Shown here: positions 1 to 8,673 of the stretch, piece by piece | How the letters are laid out: each line of letters begins with the position of its first letter | Numbering within the stretch: the first letter of the stretch is position 1 | Assembly: GCA_040220895.1 (NCBI GenBank) | Contig: JAVJVY010000009.1 | Coordinates: forward strand, 48,362-72,361 | Origin: Vicingaceae bacterium | GTDB taxonomy: Bacteria; Bacteroidota; Bacteroidia; Flavobacteriales_E; Vicingaceae | Length of the DNA: 24,000 nt | Direction of reading: 5' to 3' | The notes under the pieces: generated by a model | The model's database searches: none | The model's input: only the letters and a program-made list of their open reading frames with translations | Told to the model about the DNA's origin: nothing | Position numbers and translations under genes: made by a program

Positions 1-1626
1 ACGGTCAAAACCAAATGCAATTCCCCCGTGCGGTGGCGTGCCAAACTTGAAAGCATCCATTAAAAATCCAAATTGGGCCTTGGCCTCCTGCTCAGTGAAA
101 CCCAACCACTTGAGCATTTCAGCCTGGACCTCTCTTTCTGTTATTCGGATTGAACCTCCTCCGACTTCCACACCGTTAATCACCAAGTCATAAGCATCTG
201 CGACAAGCGATGTTAATCGGCCCTCTGCTATTTTCTTTCTTTCGGTGTCATTTTTTAAAAACGATGTAAATGGGTGATGCAAGGCGTGGTGTCGACTTGT
301 ATCCTCGTCCCATTCCAACAATGGAAAATCGTTTACCCAAAGCGCCATGTATTCATTTCTTTTTCTAAGGCCAAGTTGATTTCCCATTTCCAACCGAAGC
401 TCACATAGAACTTCCCGACTTTTTATAGTATCGCCGGAGACAACTAACAAGAGATCGCCCTCCTTGGCGTCAAAGGACTCTTTCCAGGCTTTAAGGTCAG
501 CCTGGGTAAAAAATTTGTCAACCGAAGATTTAAAGGTGCCATCCGAATTACACTTCACATATACCAATCCCTTGCCCCCTACCTGTGGTTTGCGAACAAA
601 ATCAGTTAGTGCATCCAGTTGTTTTCTGGAATATTCTGCACAACCTTCTGCCTTTATTCCCACAATGAGTTCTGACTGATCGAAAACCTGAAATCCCTTT
701 CCCTTAACTAATTCGGTGAGCTCCACGAATTTCATCCCAAAACGGATGTCGGGTTTATCGCTACCGTATAATCTGAGGGCCTCCTTATAAGGCATAAGTG
801 GAATATCCCCTAATTCAATTCCCTTGACCTCCTTAAATAGGTGGCGAACCAGTCCTTCAAAAACACGTCTGACATCCTGTTGCCTTACAAATGACATTTC
901 GCAGTCAATCTGTGTGAATTCCGGTTGTCGATCGGCTCTGAGATCTTCGTCTCTGAAACATTTGACAATCTGATAATAACGATCGTATCCCGCCACCATC
1001 AGCAATTGCTTAAACGTCTGGGGTGACTGCGGCAAGGCATAAAATTGTCCTTCATTCATTCTAGAGGGAACAACAAAATCACGCGCACCTTCCGGGGTCG
1101 ATTTGATTAAAAAAGGGGTTTCTATTTCGAGGAAATCCTGTTGATTTAAATAAGAGCGCACTTGCTGGGCAAGCTTGTGCCGAAGGACGATGTTCTCTTG
1201 AACAACTTTTCTTCTAAGGTCAAGGTAGCGGTATTTCATCCGTAATTCTTCTCCACCATCTGTGTTTTCCTCTATGGTAAAAGGTGGTGTTTCACTGTCA
1301 TCGAGAATAAACAGATCGCTCACTTCTATCTCGATGTCTCCGGTGGCCATAGCTGCATTTTTACTCTCACGTTCTCTGACCATTCCCGTTACTCTTAGCA
1401 CGTATTCCCTGCCAACTTTCCTGGCTTGACCGCATAAATCGGAATCTTTTTCCATGTTGAAAGCCAATTGTGTGAGTCCATAGCGGTCCCTGAGATCAAT
1501 GAAGGTCAACCCACCCAATTCTCTTGAGCGCTGGACCCAGCCGGATAGTATCACCTCCTGCCCAACGTGATCTTTGGTGAGTTCTCCACAAGTATGACTG
1601 CGGTATATTTCTGTAGTAGGTGTCAT
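1..1626 (-). CDS. aspS: Aspartate--tRNA ligase (AspRS); C-terminal end cut off by the window start
   Basis: This ORF is absent from the ORF track because it runs off the edge. Reverse-complement translation from the ATG at 1626 gives [22 protein letters not shown]. The frame stays open to nt 1, where it reads [20 protein letters not shown], the class II motif 3 region typical of AspRS. 542 codons are present. Confidence 0.92.
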   Translation of the reverse strand, partial: MTPTTEIYRSHTCGELTKDHVGQEVILSGWVQRSRELGGLTFIDLRDRYGLTQLAFNMEKDSDLCGQARKVGREYVLRVTGMVRERESKNAAMATGDIEIEVSDLFILDDSETPPFTIEENTDGGEELRMKYRYLDLRRKVVQENIVLRHKLAQQVRSYLNQQDFLEIETPFLIKSTPEGARDFVVPSRMNEGQFYALPQSPQTFKQLLMVAGYDRYYQIVKCFRDEDLRADRQPEFTQIDCEMSFVRQQDVRRVFEGLVRHLFKEVKGIELGDIPLMPYKEALRLYGSDKPDIRFGMKFVELTELVKGKGFQVFDQSELIVGIKAEGCAEYSRKQLDALTDFVRKPQVGGKGLVYVKCNSDGTFKSSVDKFFTQADLKAWKESFDAKEGDLLLVVSGDTIKSREVLCELRLEMGNQLGLRKRNEYMALWVNDFPLLEWDEDTSRHHALHHPFTSFLKNDTERKKIAEGRLTSLVADAYDLVINGVEVGGGSIRITEREVQAEMLKWLGFTEQEAKAQFGFLMDAFKFGTPPHGGIAFGFDR

Positions 1627-1717
1627 GAGACAAGTGCTTGTAGTGTGCTGCGAAATTAGAAAATTATAGTGCAATGGGTCTAGCTTTCATTAGGCCATTT
1701 TGGCTAATATTGAACCA

Positions 1718-2182
1718 ATGCTTCCCATTGACAAAGAGATCGAACTGTTTTCTGACGAATACTTTATGCGCGAGGCGCTGAAAGAGGCAAATACAGCTGC
1801 TGAAAAAGACGAGGTTCCCGTTGGTGCTGTTGTTGTAATCCGAAATAAGATAATCGCCAGAACCCACAATAGCACCGAATTATTAAACGATGCCACTGCA
1901 CATGCCGAAATTCTTGCTATAACTTCAGCTTCCAATCACCTTTTGAGCAAATACCTCAATAAATGTACCTTGTATGTCACCCTCGAACCATGTTTGATGT
2001 GCGCTGGTGCCCTTTTTTGGAGTCAATTGGGTAAATTGGTTTACGGTGCAAGTGACGCAAAACGGGGTTATTCACTATTCGCCAAACACAATGCGCTCCA
2101 CCCAAAAACAACCGTTTTGCACGGTGTGCTTGAAGAACATTGCTCTAAAATTTTGACTAATTTTTTCAGAAAAAAAAGGTAA
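1718..2182 (+). CDS. tadA: tRNA-specific adenosine deaminase (CMP/dCMP deaminase zinc-binding fold)
   Basis: It has the HAEILAI zinc-ligand and catalytic Glu motif, and the PCLMCAGAL Cys pair. Size and N-terminus (FMREALKEA) are typical of TadA. The ATG at 1718 is preferred. The ORF track starts at a TTG at 1700, which remains possible. Confidence 0.88.
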   Translation: MLPIDKEIELFSDEYFMREALKEANTAAEKDEVPVGAVVVIRNKIIARTHNSTELLNDATAHAEILAITSASNHLLSKYLNKCTLYVTLEPCLMCAGALFWSQLGKLVYGASDAKRGYSLFAKHNALHPKTTVLHGVLEEHCSKILTNFFRKKR

Positions 2183-2226
2183 GATCATTCTTCGTAATTT
2201 TGACGGTCTAACCAAAAAAGAAAAAA

Positions 2227-2640
2227 ATGTATCCTCCCGATTTAGTAGCTCCAATGAAAACCGAACTCACCGATGTTGGATTTGACGAGTTAACCACCCC
2301 AGAAGATGTGGATAAGGCTTTGAGTGCAGACTCAGGAACAGTGTTGGTCATGGTTAATTCTGTTTGCGGTTGTGCAGCTGGTAGTGCCAGACCAGGTGTT
2401 AAGCTCGCTGTTCAAAACAGTAAAACACCAAACAAATTGACCACCGTTTTTGCCGGTTTTGACCAGGAGGCAACCGCTCAGGCCAGAAAATACATGCTAC
2501 CTTACCCTCCATCAAGTCCTTGTGTAGGTCTTTTCCAAAATGGTAAACTAGTGCATTTCATAGAAAGGCATCACATTGAAGGCTCCTCTCCACAAATGAT
2601 TGCCGACAATCTTAAAGCTGCATTTGACGAGTATTGTTGA
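2227..2640 (+). CDS. Bacilliredoxin-family thiol-disulfide oxidoreductase (BrxA/BrxB, YphP/YqiW, DUF1094-like)
   Basis: 137 aa, with the VNSVCGCAAG redox motif (CGC at nt 2365-2373) and overall similarity to the YphP family as I remember it. Confidence 0.75.
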   Translation: MYPPDLVAPMKTELTDVGFDELTTPEDVDKALSADSGTVLVMVNSVCGCAAGSARPGVKLAVQNSKTPNKLTTVFAGFDQEATAQARKYMLPYPPSSPCVGLFQNGKLVHFIERHHIEGSSPQMIADNLKAAFDEYC

Positions 2641-2664
2641 TCCTTAAATTTTAATTATTTATTC

Positions 2665-2689
2665 AAAGGAGGCTTAGGCCTCCTTTTTT
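2665..2689 (+). terminator. Rho-independent terminator downstream of the bacilliredoxin gene
   Basis: The stem AAAGGAGGC pairs with GCCTCCTTT around a TTAG loop and runs straight into a T tract (aaaggaggcttaggcctcctttttt). It lies 25 nt after the stop codon. Confidence 0.75.
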
Positions 2690-2715
2690 AATTTTTCATA
2701 CATTTAGTCAGCCTT

Positions 2716-3048
2716 ATGGAAAGTCCGGAAAAATGGCCCTATAAAGATTTTCTTACTTTTTTGCTCATCCTGGGCGCCAATGCCGACCTTGAAATTAGTG
2801 AAGAAGAAAAGGACCAGATCATCTTTAAAGTAGGCGAAGAAAACTACAATCGAATCAAGCATATTTTTGACCGTCAAAATGATGCCCAGCGCATAGAAAC
2901 AGTGGTAAAACTATACGAAAGATTTGATCAGGAAATAGGCGGTAAAGAAAATCTGGCCAAGACTCTCAGAGAAGTATTTCATGCTGGGGGAAGCAAGGAA
3001 AAAGTCATGGATCGGTACTTGCTCATCATGCTCAAAAAAATTCTTTAA
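2716..3048 (+). CDS. Small hypothetical protein (helical, possibly TerB-like)
   Basis: 110-aa ORF with an ATG start in a clean intergenic context after the terminator. The acidic-helix segment (ANADLEISEEEKDQI) only weakly recalls TerB-like proteins, and I recognise no firm family. Confidence 0.5.
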   Translation: MESPEKWPYKDFLTFLLILGANADLEISEEEKDQIIFKVGEENYNRIKHIFDRQNDAQRIETVVKLYERFDQEIGGKENLAKTLREVFHAGGSKEKVMDRYLLIMLKKIL

Positions 3049-4478
3049 TTCTTTTCGAGCCCTGTACTGGTGATAATGTAACTCTCCTGGTAGTTGTCGT
3101 AATCAGTATTGATGTCCCAAAGGTCATTTGATGCCCCCTTGGATATATTTTCCGCCGCGCGCATCCCCATTAGGATAGAGTGGTCCTGGTTATTATATTT
3201 AAACGCGCCGTACCGACCTATGACGGAAAGGGACTCATAGGAACTAAGAAAGTCCTCTACAGGTTTCAAATGCTCTTTATATCCCATGCTATAGACCGGG
3301 TAACATCTTGGAAGGCGAATGACTTTACCATCCAGAATCGCTGCCTTTCCAATTAGTGAAGTTTTTCTTACCTCTTCTTGAGCCTGGGCAATTATTTCAT
3401 CGTCGCTCTTTGTCCAAAAATCGTCTTCCTCATAGCACCAGTATTCCAACGCCAAAATGGTCCTATTCTCATTTCCATATAGTTGTGGAACCCAATTTCT
3501 AAAATTCGTTATCCTCCCAAAACTTAGGTCCTGAGAGTGGATGTATAGCCAATTGTCGGGGAACAAGTCAACCGCATCAACGTGCAGATAAACCATAATG
3601 GTATTTCGATAGGTTAATTTGGAAACTTTGTTCCTTATCTGTTCGGGCACGTCATCCAGACGCTCCACCAGCAATGTCAAGGGCATGGACGAAATAACTT
3701 CGTCAAACTCAAGGGTATCGCCGTTCTCCAACTCAATGCCCACGGCCTTATTTCCCTTTGTCAATACCTTTTTGACAGGCCGGCTTAGGTGCACATATCC
3801 TCCATTAGCCATCACCTTTTCTTTCATTTTTTCGTATACCATTCCTGTCCCGCCCAAAGGATATGCAAACTGATCGACCAGCGTTTTATGCGTTCCCTTT
3901 TTGGTTAAGTGAAGTGCATTTTTAACTACTTCGAACAACGACAGTTTTTTTATCCGCTGAGCTGCAAAATCAGCATCCAACTTATCACAAGTAATCCCCC
4001 AGAGTTTTTCGCTATAAGTCTTAAAGAATATTTCAAACAGGCGTTTGCCGAAACGATTGGTGACCCAACCTTCAAATGTGCTAGTGTCTGGAGCCTTTCT
4101 AAATCGTTGAATGGCAAAACTCCACAGGCATCGCGCCGCTTCGATAAACCCCAGTTTGGAAAGTGCATCAAAGGGCTTTAACGGATAGTAAAAAAAATTG
4201 TCATCGTATAATATTCTGGTTAGACGGTCAACCATTTGATAATCCGAACCTACCACTTCGAGCCATAAGGAATTAACCTGCTTGTCGCTAGAAAAAAACC
4301 GGTGCGGCCCGATGTCTACCCGTTGATTCCAAAGGTCGATTGATTTGGCCAGACCGCCTACAAATGGGGCCGCCTCGAACACCTCGACGTTGATTCCCGC
4401 TTCTTTGGATAATTGATAGGCGGCGGTCATGCCGGCAGGTCCTGCGCCAATAACTGCTACACGTTTAGACGGTGTCAT
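3045..4478 (-). CDS. FAD/NAD(P)-binding oxidoreductase (amine oxidase / protoporphyrinogen oxidase / UDP-galactopyranose mutase-like superfamily)
   Basis: 477 aa. It has an N-terminal Rossmann dinucleotide motif, VAVIGAGPAGMTAAYQL, followed by EVFEA..VGG. The substrate cannot be inferred from sequence alone. Confidence 0.8.
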   Translation of the reverse strand: MTPSKRVAVIGAGPAGMTAAYQLSKEAGINVEVFEAAPFVGGLAKSIDLWNQRVDIGPHRFFSSDKQVNSLWLEVVGSDYQMVDRLTRILYDDNFFYYPLKPFDALSKLGFIEAARCLWSFAIQRFRKAPDTSTFEGWVTNRFGKRLFEIFFKTYSEKLWGITCDKLDADFAAQRIKKLSLFEVVKNALHLTKKGTHKTLVDQFAYPLGGTGMVYEKMKEKVMANGGYVHLSRPVKKVLTKGNKAVGIELENGDTLEFDEVISSMPLTLLVERLDDVPEQIRNKVSKLTYRNTIMVYLHVDAVDLFPDNWLYIHSQDLSFGRITNFRNWVPQLYGNENRTILALEYWCYEEDDFWTKSDDEIIAQAQEEVRKTSLIGKAAILDGKVIRLPRCYPVYSMGYKEHLKPVEDFLSSYESLSVIGRYGAFKYNNQDHSILMGMRAAENISKGASNDLWDINTDYDNYQESYIITSTGLEKN

Positions 4479-4530
4479 GGATTGTTAAAAGGAAGCCAAA
4501 ACTAATTAAAACTGGCTTAAGATTGGCATG

Positions 4531-6588
4531 TCAATGTTGAACCAAAAAGCGTAGATTGATCTGTTGCTCTGCATTGATCAGCACAAGGATATAAGCGCCA
4601 TTCTCGAGGTTCGTAACCTGTAGTTCCGCCATTCCTATCCCCATTGGTCTCGATGAAATTAGTTTCCTTCCCGACATGTCGCGTACTTCCAATTGATCAA
4701 CAGACCAATTATTTGGCCATTTGATCCATACACCCTCATCGGCCGGATTGGGGATCACGCTTACCTGATCTGCTAATCCAAGCTGATTTATTCCAACCGG
4801 ATGGGCTCGGAGTATATTCAAGCTGTATGTTTCCAGTGAGTATTCGAGATTACCATTCTTTAATGCCCGGATGGTCCATTTCCCTTTCAGGGTGTCAAGG
4901 TAATCAACACCGTAAAAATTCATTATGCTATCCAAAAAAGCAAAATCAGCCAAAAAATGTGCATTCATACCCCCATTATCCGAGCGCAGTTGAAATGATG
5001 CTGAATCGGTAAGGTCGGCGCCGATGGTATCAAACAACCATTCATAGGTCACGTTATCACGTGGTACGCTGTCCCAGAAAAAACTATAGTTACTTCCCTT
5101 TTTACTTTGAATCAAGACATTATTTTGTGGAAAAACCAGTGAAAATCCGATGTTACCACGTATTAGTAAAATGTTCCTGTTTGAAGAGGCATATTCTCGG
5201 TAGGCACTATCCTCGGCGCTGGCTGTCCATTGTAAATGGAGGCTGTCACCGATGGCGTAATTATTATCAAAGAACAAGCCGTAATAAAGTTCTTCATGGC
5301 CAATACTGTAATTACTATTTGCTCCATTATTTGGAGAAAAACCGGAATAAAGTGGATTTGAAAAATTGCCGCTGGTGTCGTCAAACTCCAGCTTATATTT
5401 TACCGAAGCATAATGGTTCAAGTCAGACCAATCGAATAATTTATTCTGACCGCCTTCAAGGGTTACAACGTTGTTGTTTGAAGGTGAAGTGAGGTTGAAT
5501 CCCAGCGTTTTTCGCGTCACAACAACGGTAAAAGCCTTGGCCGTATCGCTGTATTTTCCCAGTAACACTGAACGAACCGTCCATTCCAACGCAGTTGCGG
5601 TATTAAAAGGAAGGCCAACGCTACTCAATGCGGAATCTGCTTGATGATTGGTAATAGTGAAAACCGTGTCCTCGCCATTGTTATCTGCATTGGCAACAAG
5701 AAGTGGATTAGCGAACCCTGCACCTGGATAATCAAACATGATTTCGTACTTCAACACACCACAGTTATCGGCAAGACTCGATTTCTTCCAGGCAAATTGA
5801 TGCGTTAATTCATGAAATCCTTTTAATTCAATGCTCGAAAATGAAATGGGTGAAACAAGACTGAATGTCCCCGTTTTTGGTGCCAGATTAACGGAATCAA
5901 CCCATCTATATGCCGTGCTTAGATGTTGATTTCGATTCGGAAAATCGATGGTATGTCCCACACCGATCATGTAATTGGAGTCCACATAGGCACAGTTGGC
6001 ATTCAGGGCACTGAGCATAGGGAAAAATCGCGTATTTGGCACATCTAGACTTCCATGAACCAGGTAAAAAGGTTTTCGGCCGGATTTACTAATGGTGGAA
6101 GAAACAAAAGATGATCCGTTTACGGCTGCCCCAACGGGAATAAATCCCCCAAAAAGACCGGCGTGTTCCAAACCAAATTCGTAAACTGCCTTTCCTCCAA
6201 CCGAAAAGCCAATGGCATAAACACGGCCAGTATCCACATTGAACCATTTTCTGGCCGAATCCATTAACGCCAGGGTAAAGGCATAATCCACGCTGTCGGT
6301 AACATCTCCGTCACTGTCGCCGTCTGGACAAATCAACAGCAAGTCATTCATTTCTGCAAAAGCCAACAGGGTGTCACACCATGATTGAGCATTCCATCTT
6401 AACGTATTGAATGGGTGGAAGCCGACCATCATTTCATTGGCCGAGGATGCATTGTATGCGCTGGGTACGTATATGGAATATTTCTTGGCCGGATTACTCG
6501 AAAAGGCAAAAGAAGAATCAATACGCAACTGGGCTTCAACCATTTGATGGCTGGCCAGTAGAATTAAAAGTGGCAATAATTGTTTCAT
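4531..6588 (-). CDS. Secreted alpha/beta-hydrolase (esterase/depolymerase-like) with three internal repeats and a T9SS type A C-terminal sorting domain
   Basis: The signal peptide is MKQLLPLLILLASHQMVEAQ. The nucleophile elbow is GFSVGG (Ser129), with candidate Asp182 and His212. Three repeats of about 115 aa follow (aa 241-594). The C-terminus is Por_Secre_tail-like. Confidence 0.8.
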   Translation of the reverse strand: MKQLLPLLILLASHQMVEAQLRIDSSFAFSSNPAKKYSIYVPSAYNASSANEMMVGFHPFNTLRWNAQSWCDTLLAFAEMNDLLLICPDGDSDGDVTDSVDYAFTLALMDSARKWFNVDTGRVYAIGFSVGGKAVYEFGLEHAGLFGGFIPVGAAVNGSSFVSSTISKSGRKPFYLVHGSLDVPNTRFFPMLSALNANCAYVDSNYMIGVGHTIDFPNRNQHLSTAYRWVDSVNLAPKTGTFSLVSPISFSSIELKGFHELTHQFAWKKSSLADNCGVLKYEIMFDYPGAGFANPLLVANADNNGEDTVFTITNHQADSALSSVGLPFNTATALEWTVRSVLLGKYSDTAKAFTVVVTRKTLGFNLTSPSNNNVVTLEGGQNKLFDWSDLNHYASVKYKLEFDDTSGNFSNPLYSGFSPNNGANSNYSIGHEELYYGLFFDNNYAIGDSLHLQWTASAEDSAYREYASSNRNILLIRGNIGFSLVFPQNNVLIQSKKGSNYSFFWDSVPRDNVTYEWLFDTIGADLTDSASFQLRSDNGGMNAHFLADFAFLDSIMNFYGVDYLDTLKGKWTIRALKNGNLEYSLETYSLNILRAHPVGINQLGLADQVSVIPNPADEGVWIKWPNNWSVDQLEVRDMSGRKLISSRPMGIGMAELQVTNLENGAYILVLINAEQQINLRFLVQH
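4534..4764 (-). other. T9SS type A C-terminal sorting domain (CTD) of the esterase
   Basis: The last 77 aa read VSVIPNPADEGVWIKW...LEVRDMSGRKL...LENGAYILVLINAEQQINLRFLVQH. This follows the canonical type A CTD pattern (PNPA, xDxxGR, GxYxl, kfxk). Confidence 0.8.
4807..5868 (-). repeat. Three tandem protein-level repeats of about 115 aa inside the esterase gene
   Basis: The repeats cover aa 241-359, 362-477 and 480-594. They share F-x-L-x-x-P ... F-x-W ... V-x-Y-x-x-x-F-D ... F-x-N-P ... L-x-W-T-x-x-A. The repeats are diverged, so I see no DNA-level repeat. Confidence 0.6.
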
Positions 6589-6596
6589 ATCAAGCG

Positions 6597-6604
6597 CAAA
6601 TCTA
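6597..6604 (-). promoter_or_regulatory. Candidate Bacteroidota -7 promoter box (TAGATTTG) upstream of the esterase gene
   Basis: Exact match to TAnnTTTG on the minus strand, 8 nt upstream of the ATG at 6588. This would imply a very short or leaderless 5' UTR. I found no clear -33 TTG. Confidence 0.35.
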
Positions 6605-6742
6605 CGCCGAAAAGTTGACTAAATACATCGTTCAATGTCCTTCGCAGAAGTGGATACATAGCTATCCAAAAGATTTTGATTCCCCTTTTTGGCCATATTT
6701 CACACAATACATCAGGCTGTACAATTAGTTCTGTTTTTTTAT

Positions 6743-7573
6743 TTAATCATGTCGTGATATACCGGCAATTGCCTGCTTTAGCAAAGAGGTCAGATCTCCT
6801 TCGGCCTTTGCTGCAATGGCCATGATTTCTTTTATGTTGACAGGGGCAAGTCTGGTTGGATCGCAGTCATCGGTCAGCACCGAAAGTGCACAAACAGGCA
6901 GGCCTAAATAGTTGGCAACGATCACCTCGGGAACCGTTGACATGCCCACAGCGTCAGCACCCATGTTCCGAAGCATGCTGTATTCAGCCCTCGTTTCAAG
7001 ATTTGGACCCTGAACCGCCACATACACTCCTTTGCGCAATGTCAAGTCAATGCCGCTTGCGGCTTGATTGATTGCTGCACGCAGATCCGAATCATACGGT
7101 TCAAACATGTCGGGCCACCGGGGACCTACATCATGGTCATTTTCTCCACGAAGAGGATTTTCGGGAAGTAAATTGATGTGATCTTCAACCATCATGATGT
7201 CTCCTTTATTCCAGGCCGGATTTAAATTTCCTGCAGCATTAGAAACAAAAAGGCGCTTGATCCCTAATTTTTTTAGCACATATAGCGGAAAAGTGATGTC
7301 TTTCATAGAAAAACCTTCGTAGTAATGAAGACGGCCGTCCAGAGCTAATATCGGATGGCTATCAAGATTTCCAAGTACCATTTTTCCCTCGTGACTTACC
7401 ACTGTGGGCATCTTAAATCCAGGAATACTTGAATACTCAACTATCTTTATAATTTCTATTTCCTCAAGTAGTTGGCCCAGCCCGGTACCCAAAATAACCG
7501 CGCTTTTCGCCGAACCCATTCCAGCTCTTGTCAAGGTGCTAAATGCCTGATCAATGGTGTCTTTAAAGGACAC
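6743..7573 (-). CDS. Trimeric PNP/MTAP-family purine nucleoside phosphorylase; last gene of the rSAM operon
   Basis: It aligns by eye along its full length with PunA and human PNP (GTGLG, GRLHYYEG, SNAAGNLNP, GPNLETRAE, GADAVGMSTVPEVIVA). The GTG start at 7573 overlaps the upstream gene by 11 nt. The base-specificity position reads SVLTDDCD (Asp235) rather than the Asn of 6-oxopurine PNPs. Confidence 0.88.
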   Translation of the reverse strand: MSFKDTIDQAFSTLTRAGMGSAKSAVILGTGLGQLLEEIEIIKIVEYSSIPGFKMPTVVSHEGKMVLGNLDSHPILALDGRLHYYEGFSMKDITFPLYVLKKLGIKRLFVSNAAGNLNPAWNKGDIMMVEDHINLLPENPLRGENDHDVGPRWPDMFEPYDSDLRAAINQAASGIDLTLRKGVYVAVQGPNLETRAEYSMLRNMGADAVGMSTVPEVIVANYLGLPVCALSVLTDDCDPTRLAPVNIKEIMAIAAKAEGDLTSLLKQAIAGISRHD

Positions 7574-8186
7574 GACTTTGCTTATTTGACTTATAAACCT
7601 GGTACATCTTTTCGAAATGCCTGAAATCCGTAAGTGTATCTATGTCACGTTTAACCTGAAGCATGTGAACATTCAAGTCCAATTCAACGGCATTTGTCAT
7701 AAGTTCACGGCAGGTGGTTGAAGCACTCCAGGTAATTCCTTTCAGCAGAGAGGGATATTGCTCTTTTTGTCCCAATAGGTAGAATCCGCCATCCGCTGCC
7801 GGGCCCACGACAAGATCACTGCGGTCAAGCGCATTGAAGGCTTCCATAATCAGTTCTCCTGAAATCTCTGGACAATCGCTGCCAATGATCACCACTTTCC
7901 TCGCGCCGTCCATCAGGCAACTTTTAAGTGCATTATTTAATTTATCATCCAATTTTCCTTTGGACTGCTCTTTCACCTTCATTCCTTTTGTCATACTGAA
8001 ACGGTGATCGGGTTCGTCAAAGTAGAGGTGAACTGAAATGGGTAGGTCTGCAATGGCATCCATGGTGTGCTTCACCAACCACTTATATACCGCAAGTGCC
8101 TCTTCGTCTCCAAGGTATTGTGCAAGTCGGGTTTTTACCTTGCCCTGTACCTGACTTCGCATAAAAACTATTAAATGATCACTCAT
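7563..8186 (-). CDS. DUF2064 / TIGR04282-type transferase ('rSAM/selenodomain-associated transferase 1', annotated in databases as an arsenosugar-biosynthesis glycosyltransferase)
   Basis: 207 aa. The N-terminus LIVFMRSQVQGKVKTRLA, the segments VVIIGSDCPE and GPAADGGFYLLG, and a nucleotidyltransferase-like fold pattern are typical of DUF2064. Its context next to an ArsS-type rSAM supports the call. Confidence 0.75.
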   Translation of the reverse strand: MSDHLIVFMRSQVQGKVKTRLAQYLGDEEALAVYKWLVKHTMDAIADLPISVHLYFDEPDHRFSMTKGMKVKEQSKGKLDDKLNNALKSCLMDGARKVVIIGSDCPEISGELIMEAFNALDRSDLVVGPAADGGFYLLGQKEQYPSLLKGITWSASTTCRELMTNAVELDLNVHMLQVKRDIDTLTDFRHFEKMYQVYKSNKQSRVL

Positions 8187-8670
8187 ATGCTTTTTCCCCC
8201 TTGATCAGCCATTTTCCCCATGAATTGCTGTATGGATGTACTTTTTGAGTTTTTACTTCATTGCCATCAACGACGGAGTAACCATTGTTTACCCAATTAA
8301 AGATACCCCCGTATAAGTTTTTTACATTCTTATATCCGGCCTTTTCAATTTGTTCAGCCACTTTCTCACTTCGATATCCCACCGAACAGTATACGACAAT
8401 TTCACTGCCGGGATCCAAACTGAGCTGATTCATGTCAAAATCCTTATATCCAACCCAGAGGGCTCCTTCAAGATGACTTACCTGGTATTCTTCACGTGCT
8501 CTTGCATCAAGGATTACAAGGTTTGAGGAAGTTGTGCGTTCCTTGTCCAGTTCGTTTGGTTGAATCAGCGGAATGCTTTTGTCGATAAGATTGTCGACCA
8601 TTTGATCGAAGCTTTGACCCCTGATACCACAGGCTGCTAATAAAAGAAAGAATAATTGGCTGATTCTCAT
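8179..8670 (-). CDS. Exported single-domain rhodanese (sulfurtransferase-like)
   Basis: The signal or lipoprotein peptide is MRISQLFFLLLAACG. The active-site loop is YCSVGYRS (Cys95), and rhodanese-type flanks are present (LDARAREEYQVSHLEGA, NLYGGIFNW). Confidence 0.85.
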   Translation of the reverse strand: MRISQLFFLLLAACGIRGQSFDQMVDNLIDKSIPLIQPNELDKERTTSSNLVILDARAREEYQVSHLEGALWVGYKDFDMNQLSLDPGSEIVVYCSVGYRSEKVAEQIEKAGYKNVKNLYGGIFNWVNNGYSVVDGNEVKTQKVHPYSNSWGKWLIKGEKAYE

Positions 8671-8673
8671 TTA

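Noticed and set aside
464-679. 71-aa plus-strand ORF
   Set aside because: It lies inside the aspS coding region on the opposite strand. The aspS frame is continuous and strongly conserved across it.
3619-4181. Three short ORFs overlapping the FAD oxidoreductase gene
   Set aside because: They are antisense or off-frame to a 477-aa CDS with a clear Rossmann motif, and they have no independent support.
4493-4518. Hairpin AAGCCA-N14-TGGCTT between the esterase stop and the FAD oxidoreductase start
   Set aside because: The stem is only 6 bp with a large A/U loop, and on the minus strand only CCTTTT follows it. That is too weak to call a terminator without transcript data.
6589-6742. 154-bp intergenic region checked for a terminator, sRNA or riboswitch downstream of the PNP gene; also the 105-aa ORF at 6411-6728
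   Set aside because: On the minus strand there is only a weak A/U-rich 6-bp stem (CCAAAA...TTTTGG) with a 15-nt loop, which is not a convincing terminator or structured RNA. The ORF overlaps the esterase start and has no motifs. The region probably holds just the esterase promoter.
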